Virus record (IMG/VR): IMGVR_UViG_3300031963_000004 | Span: 62,001-126,000 of that record | DNA: 64,000 nt | Reading direction: 5' to 3' (one strand) | Part shown: positions 9,722 to 18,946 of the stretch, piece after piece | How the letters are laid out: each line of letters opens with the position of its first letter | Position numbering within the stretch: position 1 is the stretch's first letter | Translations under genes and position numbers: made by a program | The notes under the pieces: model-generated | Seen by the model: only the letters and a program-made list of their open reading frames with translations | What the model was told of the DNA's origin: nothing | Databases searched by the model: none

Positions 9722-10501
9722 TTATCTGACCAAAATTTTTGTTATGTCGCCGTTAGTAGCAACAAACTCTAATCTGTAGTAAGGATGAATACCCGTATCT
9801 AATTGGTAACCCAGTGTTTCGGACCTATTAGTGTAGGAGAACTCTATATCGTCAATGTCATACCAATCGTCACCTTGTTGCGTAGTGCTTCCTTGAAGCT
9901 TAACCGTACCAGTATAATCATCATAAAATACTTGCATGGTAAACGATCTAGCAGGTGTGCTAAAAACACTAGAGTAAAAGGTAATTGGATTAGACTCAGT
10001 TGGGTATTGATGGTTTGGTATCGTGACCTCATGACTTGGCATTAAGTTGGGTATGACACTATTAACAATTTGAATAGTTCCTCTAGCACCCGAATGATCA
10101 TCTGTATAAATTGGATAACCTGAACCTGTATCACCTGAACTTATAATTTCTAAAGAATATTTGGCAAGTTGTGAGTTGACTATCGCTAATTCAAGTTCGT
10201 TTACTGTGAGGACTGCTATGCCAGTTAATGGGAGTGCCCCGTCTGACGGGCTTGTACTCAGTAGTTTTGTGATTAGTATCTTGTTTCCATCGTCACTAAT
10301 TAGCCTAAACTTTACCTCAGAACCCGTCAAATTAATTGGCTTTTGGTCCTGATTTAGAAACTGAAATTGTAACTTATTTTTTACACCCTTGTGTAGTGTT
10401 AAATTCTTTGCATACACAGTGTCATATCTCCTCGCTGATGAGCCCTGCGACAGGACTACATTATGTCTAGGGATGTAATAATATACTGAAGTTGAGTACA
10501 T
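9722..10501 (-). CDS. Virion protein with BppU-like N-terminal Ig-type domain
   Basis: LHKGVKNKLQFQFLNQDQKPINLTG pattern; late promoter at 10518-10523. Confidence 0.55.
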   Translation of the reverse strand: MYSTSVYYYIPRHNVVLSQGSSARRYDTVYAKNLTLHKGVKNKLQFQFLNQDQKPINLTGSEVKFRLISDDGNKILITKLLSTSPSDGALPLTGIAVLTVNELELAIVNSQLAKYSLEIISSGDTGSGYPIYTDDHSGARGTIQIVNSVIPNLMPSHEVTIPNHQYPTESNPITFYSSVFSTPARSFTMQVFYDDYTGTVKLQGSTTQQGDDWYDIDDIEFSYTNRSETLGYQLDTGIHPYYRLEFVATNGDITKILVR

Positions 10502-10574
10502 GCCTAATCCTTTAAGTTATTTATCTTATTTTATTTTTGGTTTTTATAACAGATAAATATACCAGAGTATCATT

Positions 10575-10952
10575 ATGCATAACGACTTTTTCAAAAACTT
10601 AACTGAAAACCACCCCTTCATTACAGTCTGTAACTATTCCGGTCAGGATTATGTTGGGATTATACAGAACAGGGACGATGTTGTAACTACTATATACGAC
10701 TATGGTTCTATAATAGCGCCAGACTTACGTGAAAAATTCCTAGAACTAGGAGATATTTGGTGGTGGGAGAGCAACAGACTTATACCAATTAACATGTTTC
10801 TTAAGGAAGAATGGATAATTTTTAAGCCCTATCTTAGGACTTTTAACAATAAAAGCTTAAGTATTCTTCATGGACCTATCTGTAGTATCAGTGAATTAAG
10901 TAAACGCAGGTCTAAGAAAAAATCTATAACTTTAGTTCGTAGAATGACCTGA
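10575..10952 (+). CDS. Hypothetical protein
   Basis: 125 aa; divergent late promoter TAAATA at 10554-10559. Confidence 0.6.
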   Translation: MHNDFFKNLTENHPFITVCNYSGQDYVGIIQNRDDVVTTIYDYGSIIAPDLREKFLELGDIWWWESNRLIPINMFLKEEWIIFKPYLRTFNNKSLSILHGPICSISELSKRRSKKKSITLVRRMT

Positions 10953-11513
10953 TTCAATAAGATTCATATGCACTGCAACTAACCAAGCATATCCTATAGC
11001 GTGTGCTTTTTTAAACGTATACCCATCTTCTGCTTTATCCCAAACTGTTTTTGCAACCTCTGACCATGGTAATCCGATTAAATGTTTCTTACCAGGTCTA
11101 ATAATAGCTAGAAACATAGCAAGTCTAGGAATACTATCTATAGGTTCTGGCATTTTTTGTAGTGTGCTATACTGATTAGCCAAATGAATTAATTGCGACA
11201 CAAAAGTTTCTTCTTTTAGTTTTGACCAGTTAGGATCACGCATCAATTCAATAAGATGATTTTCGTCTTTGACTAAACCATATACATGAACATTCAGAAA
11301 ATCTAATTTTGTATATCCTCGTTCTTCTGCTTCTGCATAATCTATATTTGATATGTCATTGATAGCATCGTATGGAATTTCATTAACGTAGATACCTGTA
11401 TTATGTTTGCGAATAGGTTTTACGTTACGCATCGCCGCTGAGATATGTTTGATATGTTTTAATATCTTATCTCTGTCGCCGAAATCAATATCGATATCAC
11501 TATTAAACTTCAC
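10932..11513 (-). CDS. dnaE: Miniature DNA polymerase III alpha (DnaE-type, family C) catalytic core
   Basis: DIDIDF..RDKILKHI, KHNTGIYV, GYTKLDFL, LAIIRPG and GYTFKKAHA match the DnaE motifs PDFDVDF, KHAGGVVI, GLVKFDFL, ALFRPG and GYGFNKSHS, in order. Confidence 0.85.
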   Translation of the reverse strand: MKFNSDIDIDFGDRDKILKHIKHISAAMRNVKPIRKHNTGIYVNEIPYDAINDISNIDYAEAEERGYTKLDFLNVHVYGLVKDENHLIELMRDPNWSKLKEETFVSQLIHLANQYSTLQKMPEPIDSIPRLAMFLAIIRPGKKHLIGLPWSEVAKTVWDKAEDGYTFKKAHAIGYAWLVAVHMNLIESGHSTN

Positions 11514-12067
11514 TGCACTAATCCTAACTTCATTAATTTCTTGTATGCTTGTTGCACAACAATAGCTTGCCGTTCAGCATCTTCTACTGCCTTGTGACTT
11601 GTTACATGTCCACCATCTTTAAGTTTAACACCTGCAATTTCAAACAATGTTCTAGTGTCACGAACTGTGTAGAAAGGCCATGGAATAGGATTAGGTCTAT
11701 CTGTTAGTGTTTGACGCATTGCTGTTTCCATTGCAACAACATCGAATGGTGCGCCGTGACTCCATACTGCTCTACGATTCCAACAGAATTTGTAAAGAAC
11801 TTCCATACAATCTTTTAATGACATTCTATTATTATCGCCCATAGCTTCTTCTTGTGCTGCGGCACTTTGAGTAGACCACCAACGTATCGTATCATCATTG
11901 ATGATTCTATTATATTGTTCGGTTTGATCTTCTAACGTAGGACGCAGTTCTAATCTTTCAACTACACCATCACCCTTTGGATCAAAGCGAACTACGCCAA
12001 TAGTAAGTATGACACAATATGGACTTGTGTCAAGACTTTCTATGTCAATCATTATGTCGTTAGCCAT
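11510..12067 (-). CDS. DEDDh 3'-5' exonuclease
   Basis: IMIDIES, WSHGAPFD, RDTRT, HKAVEDA. Confidence 0.85.
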   Translation of the reverse strand: MANDIMIDIESLDTSPYCVILTIGVVRFDPKGDGVVERLELRPTLEDQTEQYNRIINDDTIRWWSTQSAAAQEEAMGDNNRMSLKDCMEVLYKFCWNRRAVWSHGAPFDVVAMETAMRQTLTDRPNPIPWPFYTVRDTRTLFEIAGVKLKDGGHVTSHKAVEDAERQAIVVQQAYKKLMKLGLVQ

Positions 12068-12076
12068 TTATAAAAC

Positions 12077-12259
12077 TTATTTTTTCTCTTTTGTTTTCAT
12101 CAAACACAAACTTGTATGTTCTTTAACTTTTGTCCATTCTTCTCTAGCGTTCATACATTCTTCATGAGTAGGATATTCTTTTGTGTATACAAATTTAATC
12201 TTTGATGGATTTTCTGTCCATAATTGAATTGTCAGTACCCAAGTTACGATCATTTCCAT
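12077..12259 (-). CDS. Small Cys-pair protein (family A)
   Basis: Hydrophobic N-terminus, YPTHEEC...C. Confidence 0.6.
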   Translation of the reverse strand: MEMIVTWVLTIQLWTENPSKIKFVYTKEYPTHEECMNAREEWTKVKEHTSLCLMKTKEKK

Positions 12260-12413
12260 TTTTCGCCTCTTTTTTTTTGCATTCTACCTGAAAAGGATAT
12301 TCATTGTAAAAATTAGCCCATTTAAGACACTCATCAAGATCAGTGTACTCTTCCCGTATATAAGTCTTTGCAGGATTTGTAGTCAACAATAAAACAGTAA
12401 GTATATAAATCAT
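12195..12413 (-). CDS. Small Cys-pair protein (family A)
   Basis: MIYILTVLLL...YTDLDEC...C. Confidence 0.55.
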   Translation of the reverse strand: MIYILTVLLLTTNPAKTYIREEYTDLDECLKWANFYNEYPFQVECKKKEAKNGNDRNLGTDNSIMDRKSIKD

Positions 12414-12414
12414 A

Positions 12415-12714
12415 TCACCCCCATACCAATAAAAAAGCTGTTATTTCTTTTCTATCTTTAAATCTAAACATGTCAAATGATATTCTAACACCGCATTTGG
12501 ATTTTTGACACCACTCTTGTACCGGATCTAAATCTTCTTCCCGTAATCCAGTTGGAGTAATTGCACCATGATCATATACTATGTTAGCCTGTAATACCAG
12601 TGGCTTCATGGGATCTTCATACCAAAACAAACGCTTCGTGCGCATCATTTCTGTAACTCTTTCAACTAGACGGTCAATATCTTCTTGTTTCATGTCCATT
12701 TTAATGTGAACCAA
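12415..12714 (-). CDS. Small protein ending F-x-L-x-W (family B)
   Basis: C-terminus FRFKDRKEITAFLLVWG. Confidence 0.6.
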   Translation of the reverse strand: MVHIKMDMKQEDIDRLVERVTEMMRTKRLFWYEDPMKPLVLQANIVYDHGAITPTGLREEDLDPVQEWCQKSKCGVRISFDMFRFKDRKEITAFLLVWG

Positions 12715-12914
12715 GTTGCATGTGCTTCTTTATAAAATACAAATACAGTATGTTCAGGTGCTACATAATCTCCACTCCAGTCTTGGTATTTGGCCTGATT
12801 ATATTTAAAGTCAAAATCTTTGTGCTGTATCATTCCAGCCTCACGCATCTCTTTGACTATCTCAATAATCTCAGAGGGTTTTTTGTATTTTAACACAATT
12901 TCTATCAACTCCAC
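12690..12914 (-). CDS. Small protein ending F-x-L-x-W (family B)
   Basis: C-terminus FVFYKEAHATWFTLKWT. Confidence 0.6.
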   Translation of the reverse strand: MELIEIVLKYKKPSEIIEIVKEMREAGMIQHKDFDFKYNQAKYQDWSGDYVAPEHTVFVFYKEAHATWFTLKWT

Positions 12915-13120
12915 CTCAATATAAACATGACCAATTCTTCTTCACTTGTATACTCAATTACTGATCCAACAAATGCTTTTTTACCTAAACTTAAATTTTT
13001 TATACACCATTCTTTTAATTCATATTCATAGTGTATCCAATATAAAAAATCTGTCAATACAATATATCCGCTACCGTCTTTAAGTGCGCCATGACTGATA
13101 ACATACGTAGAGTTTTGCAT
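12905..13120 (-). CDS. Small protein ending F-x-L-x-W (family B)
   Basis: C-terminus IEYTSEEELVMFILRWS. Confidence 0.6.
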   Translation of the reverse strand: MQNSTYVISHGALKDGSGYIVLTDFLYWIHYEYELKEWCIKNLSLGKKAFVGSVIEYTSEEELVMFILRWS

Positions 13121-13819
13121 TTACCATTTGAGTTCTGTGAGCAAGTTCTTAACTTCTTCTACTTCTTTGGTCATTTTAGAAAACTTGATTGCCCATTGTG
13201 TCGGCTGTATATAGTCATAGACAATTTTAACCTGATCTTCGTTCAGGTCGTCAATGAAGGCTACTCCACTTTCACTTTGATAAAGCATCCAGGGACTTAA
13301 TTTCCCTTTCGTTATCTCATGGCATATCTTGTTACGATTTCCATATCTTAGAAGGTCGTTCGGTTTAGTATTTTCTTGTTCAGCTAAATTCATGCAGGTT
13401 TCTACACTTCGTTGTACTGCATCTAAATGATCTTCTGTCTTAAGATAATTTAATAAAAATTCTGTGTAGACTGAATCGCTTGTCCAAGTATCTATCTTTA
13501 TTTTTTCTTTCAATAAGTAATCAATATATCTAGGTATGTTAACGCAATTGACCTCCATAACATAATTACCAAACTTAGCGAATGCAGTATAGTATGCGGA
13601 GCGAATGTAATCTTCGTAGGTTCTTTCTTTTTTGCTTGTGCTATGTTTTTTATAAAACTCTAGATAGCATTGATACCCTATTTGATTACCTCTACGATCC
13701 TTTTCTAACCACCTGTGCTTATACTCACAAATATGCTTTAAGAAAGATTGCTCTTGTACGAATGACCTTTTGCAAAATTCGCAGGTCATCTTATCATCAG
13801 TTACCTTTTTCTTTTTCAT
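13121..13819 (-). CDS. Conserved hypothetical protein with an N-terminal Zn finger
   Basis: CEFCKRSF....FLKHIC. Confidence 0.65.
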   Translation of the reverse strand: MKKKKVTDDKMTCEFCKRSFVQEQSFLKHICEYKHRWLEKDRRGNQIGYQCYLEFYKKHSTSKKERTYEDYIRSAYYTAFAKFGNYVMEVNCVNIPRYIDYLLKEKIKIDTWTSDSVYTEFLLNYLKTEDHLDAVQRSVETCMNLAEQENTKPNDLLRYGNRNKICHEITKGKLSPWMLYQSESGVAFIDDLNEDQVKIVYDYIQPTQWAIKFSKMTKEVEEVKNLLTELKW

Positions 13820-14390
13820 ATTCTTTTATGTGTTCTTCTGTAACAAAATCATTAAGTGCTTCTATGTCAGCCAACTTCATGTCAGGGTATAATTGACCTA
13901 AGTAATATTTTTTCTTTTGCTGTCTTTGTATTTCCTCACTGACCATATTAATCGTTTCTTCTGATTCTCTAGGATATATTTTTTTGTAGTATTCCGTAAT
14001 GTCTTTTAAAGTTGCTTTTTCTTTTAGATTAGTGATTGATTCTTTGATATGAGGTATCCATTGATGAAATTGTTTACCGAAGCTAGGGCTGATAGAGCAT
14101 AACATTAACCATTGTAGTTTAGGATGATCTTTAAGGCTACTATCTAACAAATACATGTTAGCGTTCTCGTTTGTGCTTTGTACATAGTACCTTTGTATCT
14201 CTCCATTGCCTTTAATTGCACTCATCCACTGCAATAACATATACGGTACAAACTTTTTCTTCTGATCTTCTGTTAGTCTATCGTAATATCCATAATCTTT
14301 TTTATCCAGTGCTTCTAATGCCTCAAATAGTTGGAAGTCCACATCAGTGAACTTTTCATCTGCACTAGTTTTAGTCTTTGCCTTTGCCAT
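13797..14390 (-). CDS. Probable clamp-loader small subunit (T4 gp62-like)
   Basis: FVPYMLLQWMS...NENAN...HPKLQWLML...KQFHQWI resembles the gp62 pattern; located in the replication cluster. Confidence 0.5.
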   Translation of the reverse strand: MAKAKTKTSADEKFTDVDFQLFEALEALDKKDYGYYDRLTEDQKKKFVPYMLLQWMSAIKGNGEIQRYYVQSTNENANMYLLDSSLKDHPKLQWLMLCSISPSFGKQFHQWIPHIKESITNLKEKATLKDITEYYKKIYPRESEETINMVSEEIQRQQKKKYYLGQLYPDMKLADIEALNDFVTEEHIKEYEKEKGN

Positions 14391-14890
14391 TAAAATGCCT
14401 GTCTATAATCTACAATCTCACAGTTTCTACTAATCTCTTTAACAAAGTAAACGCATCTGGGCTTGTGCGTATCTTCAATCGGTACGCATAGAAACTGACC
14501 ATTCTTCAATCTAGGAGCATACCAAGTTACGTCATGATATATGTCAACGATTTCTATGTCTACGAAAGAAGGTTTGAAACTACTCAATGGATTAAATTCA
14601 AATACTTTAAACCCACGATCATTAATACTAGTCAACGGTAATGTTTCTAAGTCACCAAGTTCGGGTTCGCCAATCAATACTTGCCAATCAACAGGCATCT
14701 TAATTTTCTTATCGCCTATTCGTAATACTAGTGCAGGGCTGTTGAAGCTTTCTAGAAATATTAATGGTATATAATGGTAATCTACATTCGCGGGATTGTT
14801 GTTGTCTAATATGGCGAACCTTAAGTCATCTATTTCTTCAGGTAATGTTTCTAGGTTATAAGCTTGATTGTCTAATGTTAGTATTTTCAT
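14390..14890 (-). CDS. Conserved hypothetical beta-rich protein, possibly a degenerate stand-alone Hint fold
   Basis: 166 aa; see finding. Has its own sigma70 promoter. Confidence 0.55.
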   Translation of the reverse strand: MKILTLDNQAYNLETLPEEIDDLRFAILDNNNPANVDYHYIPLIFLESFNSPALVLRIGDKKIKMPVDWQVLIGEPELGDLETLPLTSINDRGFKVFEFNPLSSFKPSFVDIEIVDIYHDVTWYAPRLKNGQFLCVPIEDTHKPRCVYFVKEISRNCEIVDYRQAF

Positions 14891-14896
14891 AGTCTA

Positions 14897-14925
14897 ATTG
14901 TATCATGTCTTTACTTGTATGTCAA
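14897..14925 (-). promoter_or_regulatory. Sigma70 promoter (leaderless)
   Basis: TTGACA-N17-TACAAT; ATG at 14890, 6 nt after -10. Confidence 0.75.
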
Positions 14926-16368
14926 CTTTTCAACTGTAAACGGATAATTAGCCTCTTTATAAAAATCTTTTCGTTTAGCCAAATGCCGTTTACTAAATCT
15001 ACAGTTGCTAGTTATATCCCATATTTGGACGAAATCTTTATCTTCAGCCTTTCGGATACCTCTACCTATCGATTGTATAACCCGAACGAAGCTTTTTCCA
15101 GGTTCAACAAGAATAAGATTAAAGATACGGGGTATATTAATACCCACAGCAGCAACACCGTAAGTCGCAACAATAACCTTATTATTGCTTGTCGCAATTT
15201 CATCGTATTCTTCTTTTCTTTCTGAAAGTTTAGTACCACCGCTGACAAATACAGAATCAGGTATACGGTCAATTAATTCTTTGCCTGCATTTACTCTATC
15301 AACTAACACTAATGTGTTTCCACTTTCTTTAATGTTTAGTATCAATTCAGCCACATTGTCTAATCTAGTTTTATCTTCTAGCAAATGCTTTAATTCACTT
15401 TGATAATCTTTGAATTCAACGTTATCTTGCATTTGAATTACATTAACGTGGCATCTAGCAAGTACACCTTTATCCTGTAATTCGCTTGCTGCTAATTTGT
15501 TTATCACAGGACCTAAACTAACAAACAACGCCTGACTAGCAAACAACTCTTTGGGTATGGTTCCTGTTAGTCCCCAACGAATAGGTATGTGCCCGAAAGG
15601 ACCTGTCAATAGTGTTTTAAGAACATCTGCTTGCGCCATGTGCGCTTCATCGATAATCAAACACACAACATCTTCAATAAACTCACCAATAGGTACCTCT
15701 GCTTCCTTAGCTTTCGTTGCCTTAAGTATGTTATTCAAACTTTGCCAAGTGCATATCGTGTGAGTTCTGCCTATCTCTTTTCTTTCACCGAAGTACACAC
15801 CCACATCAAGCCCTAAGTTAACATAGTCTGCTTCAGTTTGTACGACAAGACTTTTGTTTGGTACTACAACAATACTTCTGCCATATTTTTCTACACTATG
15901 ACTAAGTGCAGCAGTCATTAATGTCTTACCTGCACCCGTAGCTACCTCTTGTACACTTTGTATATTGGCAAGAAAATCATTGACTACCTTTAACTGATAG
16001 TCACGAAACTTAATTGGCTCACCGCATTGCGGATGACCTTTAGGCCATGTATGATTACTAAATGTATCTTCCTGTATTTGTGTGAATACAAATTGATTTT
16101 GTGTAGTTCTTAAATCTTCTATCTGTATATCATACCCTGCACTGTCAATGACTGGTATAATACTTTCTAATAGATTAATGAATGTGCTGCCGCCCAAACT
16201 GAAATAGCTAACCTTGCCGTTCCATCTACCCAATTGGACACTTGGACGAAATCTAGCACCTGGTATTTCATATTCAAACATCTTCATTAACTTCTTTCTA
16301 TCAGTTAATTCCAAACCCGATAGCTTACAGTTAACTTCATCTTGTATAATTATTTTACATTCTTTCAT
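14911..16368 (-). CDS. uvsW: SF2 DNA helicase UvsW
   Basis: ATGAGKT, IIDEAH, GLTGT, QSIGRGIR. Confidence 0.9.
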   Translation of the reverse strand: MKECKIIIQDEVNCKLSGLELTDRKKLMKMFEYEIPGARFRPSVQLGRWNGKVSYFSLGGSTFINLLESIIPVIDSAGYDIQIEDLRTTQNQFVFTQIQEDTFSNHTWPKGHPQCGEPIKFRDYQLKVVNDFLANIQSVQEVATGAGKTLMTAALSHSVEKYGRSIVVVPNKSLVVQTEADYVNLGLDVGVYFGERKEIGRTHTICTWQSLNNILKATKAKEAEVPIGEFIEDVVCLIIDEAHMAQADVLKTLLTGPFGHIPIRWGLTGTIPKELFASQALFVSLGPVINKLAASELQDKGVLARCHVNVIQMQDNVEFKDYQSELKHLLEDKTRLDNVAELILNIKESGNTLVLVDRVNAGKELIDRIPDSVFVSGGTKLSERKEEYDEIATSNNKVIVATYGVAAVGINIPRIFNLILVEPGKSFVRVIQSIGRGIRKAEDKDFVQIWDITSNCRFSKRHLAKRKDFYKEANYPFTVEKLTYK

Positions 16369-17423
16369 TTTATATCGACCTGTTCGTTATTTGTAATTGT
16401 TATTATTTTAGCGGAGAAAGAACTACCGCTTCCTAAATGATTTAGTGATCCATATTTAATCAATACGGGCATAGATAATGTTCTGTCAAACAGTTTGTTA
16501 CCTTCTTTATCGTGCCATGATCCTACATGAAAAGTTTTTATTTGTAAGCTTTCTAGGTCACGCTTTACACTTTCTTTGGCTGTAGATTTAGATGTCAATA
16601 AACTATAATATAGGTAATCACATTCAATATCTTCTAAGTAATATTTTAACTCAAATATATTTTTTTCATCAATAGAATAATGAGTACTGACCGCAAACAA
16701 TAACCTGTTTATACTAAGTTCATCTTTGCATTGACTACTGAGTTCTTCAATTAGTTCCTCATCAATTTTCACACCATGGTATACTAGTTTAGCCAACATA
16801 CTGTAACTAGTATCTAGCTCAATGTTTTTAAATTGTTCATGTACTTCTTCCGTACATGATGCAATGTATAACCTATTTTGCCTTTTTATAAGTGTCGGAT
16901 TCCAATACTTACATTCATCATATGGTAGTAACTCATTTATAATCTGCTGCGTTTGTTCACAGCAACTAAAATTATCGTAATGTTTGGTAACTATATCGAT
17001 GATTATTTTTAAATTATGTAATCCAAGTTTACTTGAATACACTTTATCGGCGTGACTCCAATTCATGACCCTTGCATTTCTAGCATCTTGTACAAAATTA
17101 GATTTAAATGGTGTGCGAACTATAATCCAATCATCCGATATTTTTACTGAGGGAATGGTAAACTCTGATGAACTAGCAATTACTTTGAGTGTCCAAGGCA
17201 ATTCAGAAAGTATTTGAGCATCCTGGCCTACCTTTTGTACTTGCCGTGAATACTTAAGAACAATTTTTTTGAACAATGCATGTTGGTTACTTGTAATGGG
17301 TTTGCCTAACCCAACATTGTTTAACTGTAGGCTATACAAAAATTTCTTATCGTATGTTCCCAAACTTACTTTGTTAATTAGTAAGTCCAAAACATCTTCG
17401 GCATATGTATAGTTCATCGACAT
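16365..17423 (-). CDS. Hypothetical protein
   Basis: 352 aa; GTGA-type 4-bp overlap with uvsW; promoter TTGACT-N17-CATAAT at 17430-17458. Confidence 0.65.
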   Translation of the reverse strand: MSMNYTYAEDVLDLLINKVSLGTYDKKFLYSLQLNNVGLGKPITSNQHALFKKIVLKYSRQVQKVGQDAQILSELPWTLKVIASSSEFTIPSVKISDDWIIVRTPFKSNFVQDARNARVMNWSHADKVYSSKLGLHNLKIIIDIVTKHYDNFSCCEQTQQIINELLPYDECKYWNPTLIKRQNRLYIASCTEEVHEQFKNIELDTSYSMLAKLVYHGVKIDEELIEELSSQCKDELSINRLLFAVSTHYSIDEKNIFELKYYLEDIECDYLYYSLLTSKSTAKESVKRDLESLQIKTFHVGSWHDKEGNKLFDRTLSMPVLIKYGSLNHLGSGSSFSAKIITITNNEQVDIK

Positions 17424-17469
17424 TTTAGCATTATGATATATTCATAAAAATAAGTCAACACAAATGGCT

Positions 17470-17491
17470 AATGGGAGCCGAAGCTCCCATT
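17470..17491. terminator. Hairpin terminator after the AAA gene
   Basis: aatgggagc-cgaa-gctcccatt perfect stem (UUCG loop on the minus strand). Confidence 0.75.
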
Positions 17492-17507
17492 GCCTAGTTG
17501 AAAAATC

Positions 17508-18542
17508 TTAACTACGTTTCATACATGTAGTTTCAGCAAGCATCTTCCAGTTTTCGCTAATCTTGACCAGATCAGCAATTTTCAGACACATACGCAAGCT
17601 TAGTTCATGCAGTTTATTTTTGTTAACTGCCATGAATTCGAAAATTTCTTCAGCCTTACCTTCTTCAAAATTGTAGTCGCGGAACAGACCACCATCGCTA
17701 TCACGGTGCACCTGCTTGATGCGCAACATCTTGTCACGCTCGGTGTCAACAGTCAGATCCAAAAAGTGACAACGTGACTGCAATGCCTCGAGGTGATCTT
17801 GCAATTTTTTCGACTTGACGTTTTCAAACTTCAAGTTAGTGATGAAGATTGCAGAACCCTCAAAGTTAAACTGATCAGGGATACCCTCACGGCGCAGCAT
17901 AGAACTATCACTGTTCCAGCAGATACGTCTGCGCTTACCCGAATCAAGTGCTGCCTTAAGAATGTTTAGTGACAACTCGTCCTGAAACACAGAATCACAG
18001 TCATCGAACACCAACACGTTTTTCTTGTCAGAGTATTTGTACAATTGTGCATACAAACCCAGTGCAGTCATAGCACCTTTGACAATTTCAAAACGAACAC
18101 GTTTGCCTGCAAGCTTGTCAAACATGCTAGCTTTTTCTAGCTGAGTTTCAACACCGAAACTCTTACCTACACCTGGGGGACCTGATACAATCATAGCCCG
18201 AATATCGCTATTGATTGCAGCCTTAGTCATTTCATCAAGAATCGAAAATCGCTTAGCGATACGATCCATTGCTTCCTCGTCAGTCTCGACCGACTTAGTT
18301 TCTTTTGCTTTAAATGCAATTGCGTTTTCTGTCACGGCTACTTCTCCATTTGTGAATACAACATCATTAATAGAATTTACTTTTACTTTGACAACATCAA
18401 TAGCAATGTCAAATTGACCATCATTTTTTACAGTAACATAGTTACCTTTTTTACCTGTTTGAAAACCCTTGACAAGTGTGAATTCTTGATTAATAACAGG
18501 CTTGTTACGATACTCACCGAACTTAACAATTACTGTACTCAT
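17508..18542 (-). CDS. AAA+ family ATPase (early gene)
   Basis: GPPGVGKS Walker A, LVFDDCD Walker B, FITN sensor, SRCH arginine finger. Confidence 0.85.
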   Translation of the reverse strand: MSTVIVKFGEYRNKPVINQEFTLVKGFQTGKKGNYVTVKNDGQFDIAIDVVKVKVNSINDVVFTNGEVAVTENAIAFKAKETKSVETDEEAMDRIAKRFSILDEMTKAAINSDIRAMIVSGPPGVGKSFGVETQLEKASMFDKLAGKRVRFEIVKGAMTALGLYAQLYKYSDKKNVLVFDDCDSVFQDELSLNILKAALDSGKRRRICWNSDSSMLRREGIPDQFNFEGSAIFITNLKFENVKSKKLQDHLEALQSRCHFLDLTVDTERDKMLRIKQVHRDSDGGLFRDYNFEEGKAEEIFEFMAVNKNKLHELSLRMCLKIADLVKISENWKMLAETTCMKRS

Positions 18543-18572
18543 ATTAGCTCCTAGTTATCAATTTATTTGATA

Positions 18573-18601
18573 ATTATACAGAATACTGGATTAATTGTCA
18601 A
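18573..18601 (-). promoter_or_regulatory. Early sigma70 promoter
   Basis: TTGACA-attaatccagtattctg-TATAAT. Confidence 0.85.
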
Positions 18602-18887
18602 GTGTTGCAATTGCTCTAATGTAAGTATTTCCACCTGAACGATGATAGAAATTTGTTTCACTTGTTGTCACTTTGACAGGACTATCGTATCCTAAATCTT
18701 GATAGATTTGTTTAAGTGTTGCTAAAATTGCATCAGATTTTAAATCGGATATCATAAATGAAACACTACGACGATTCTTGTCAAACTTAGAAGTCTTGTC
18801 AGTCCAGCAACCTGAATATCTTGCATTATTGACATCTAGTGCAATTTTGATAAGTTTTCTTGCTGTTTTTGTATTTGGGGTATTCAT
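18591..18887 (-). CDS. Hypothetical early protein
   Basis: 98 aa; AGGAG SD; own promoter. Confidence 0.65.
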   Translation of the reverse strand: MNTPNTKTARKLIKIALDVNNARYSGCWTDKTSKFDKNRRSVSFMISDLKSDAILATLKQIYQDLGYDSPVKVTTSETNFYHRSGGNTYIRAIATLDN

Positions 18888-18914
18888 ATAAGCTCCTAAT
18901 CAGTCAATGAAGCT

Positions 18915-18943
18915 ATTATATACCCAAACTGATTTATTGTCAA
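18915..18943 (-). promoter_or_regulatory. Early sigma70 promoter
   Basis: TTGACA-ataaatcagtttgggta-TATAAT. Confidence 0.85.
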
Positions 18944-18946
18944 ACG

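Noticed and set aside
10932-11513. dnaE pseudogene or split-intein fragment
   Set aside because: All motifs are kept with precise internal deletions, there is no adjacent remnant, and no intein N- or C-terminal signature.
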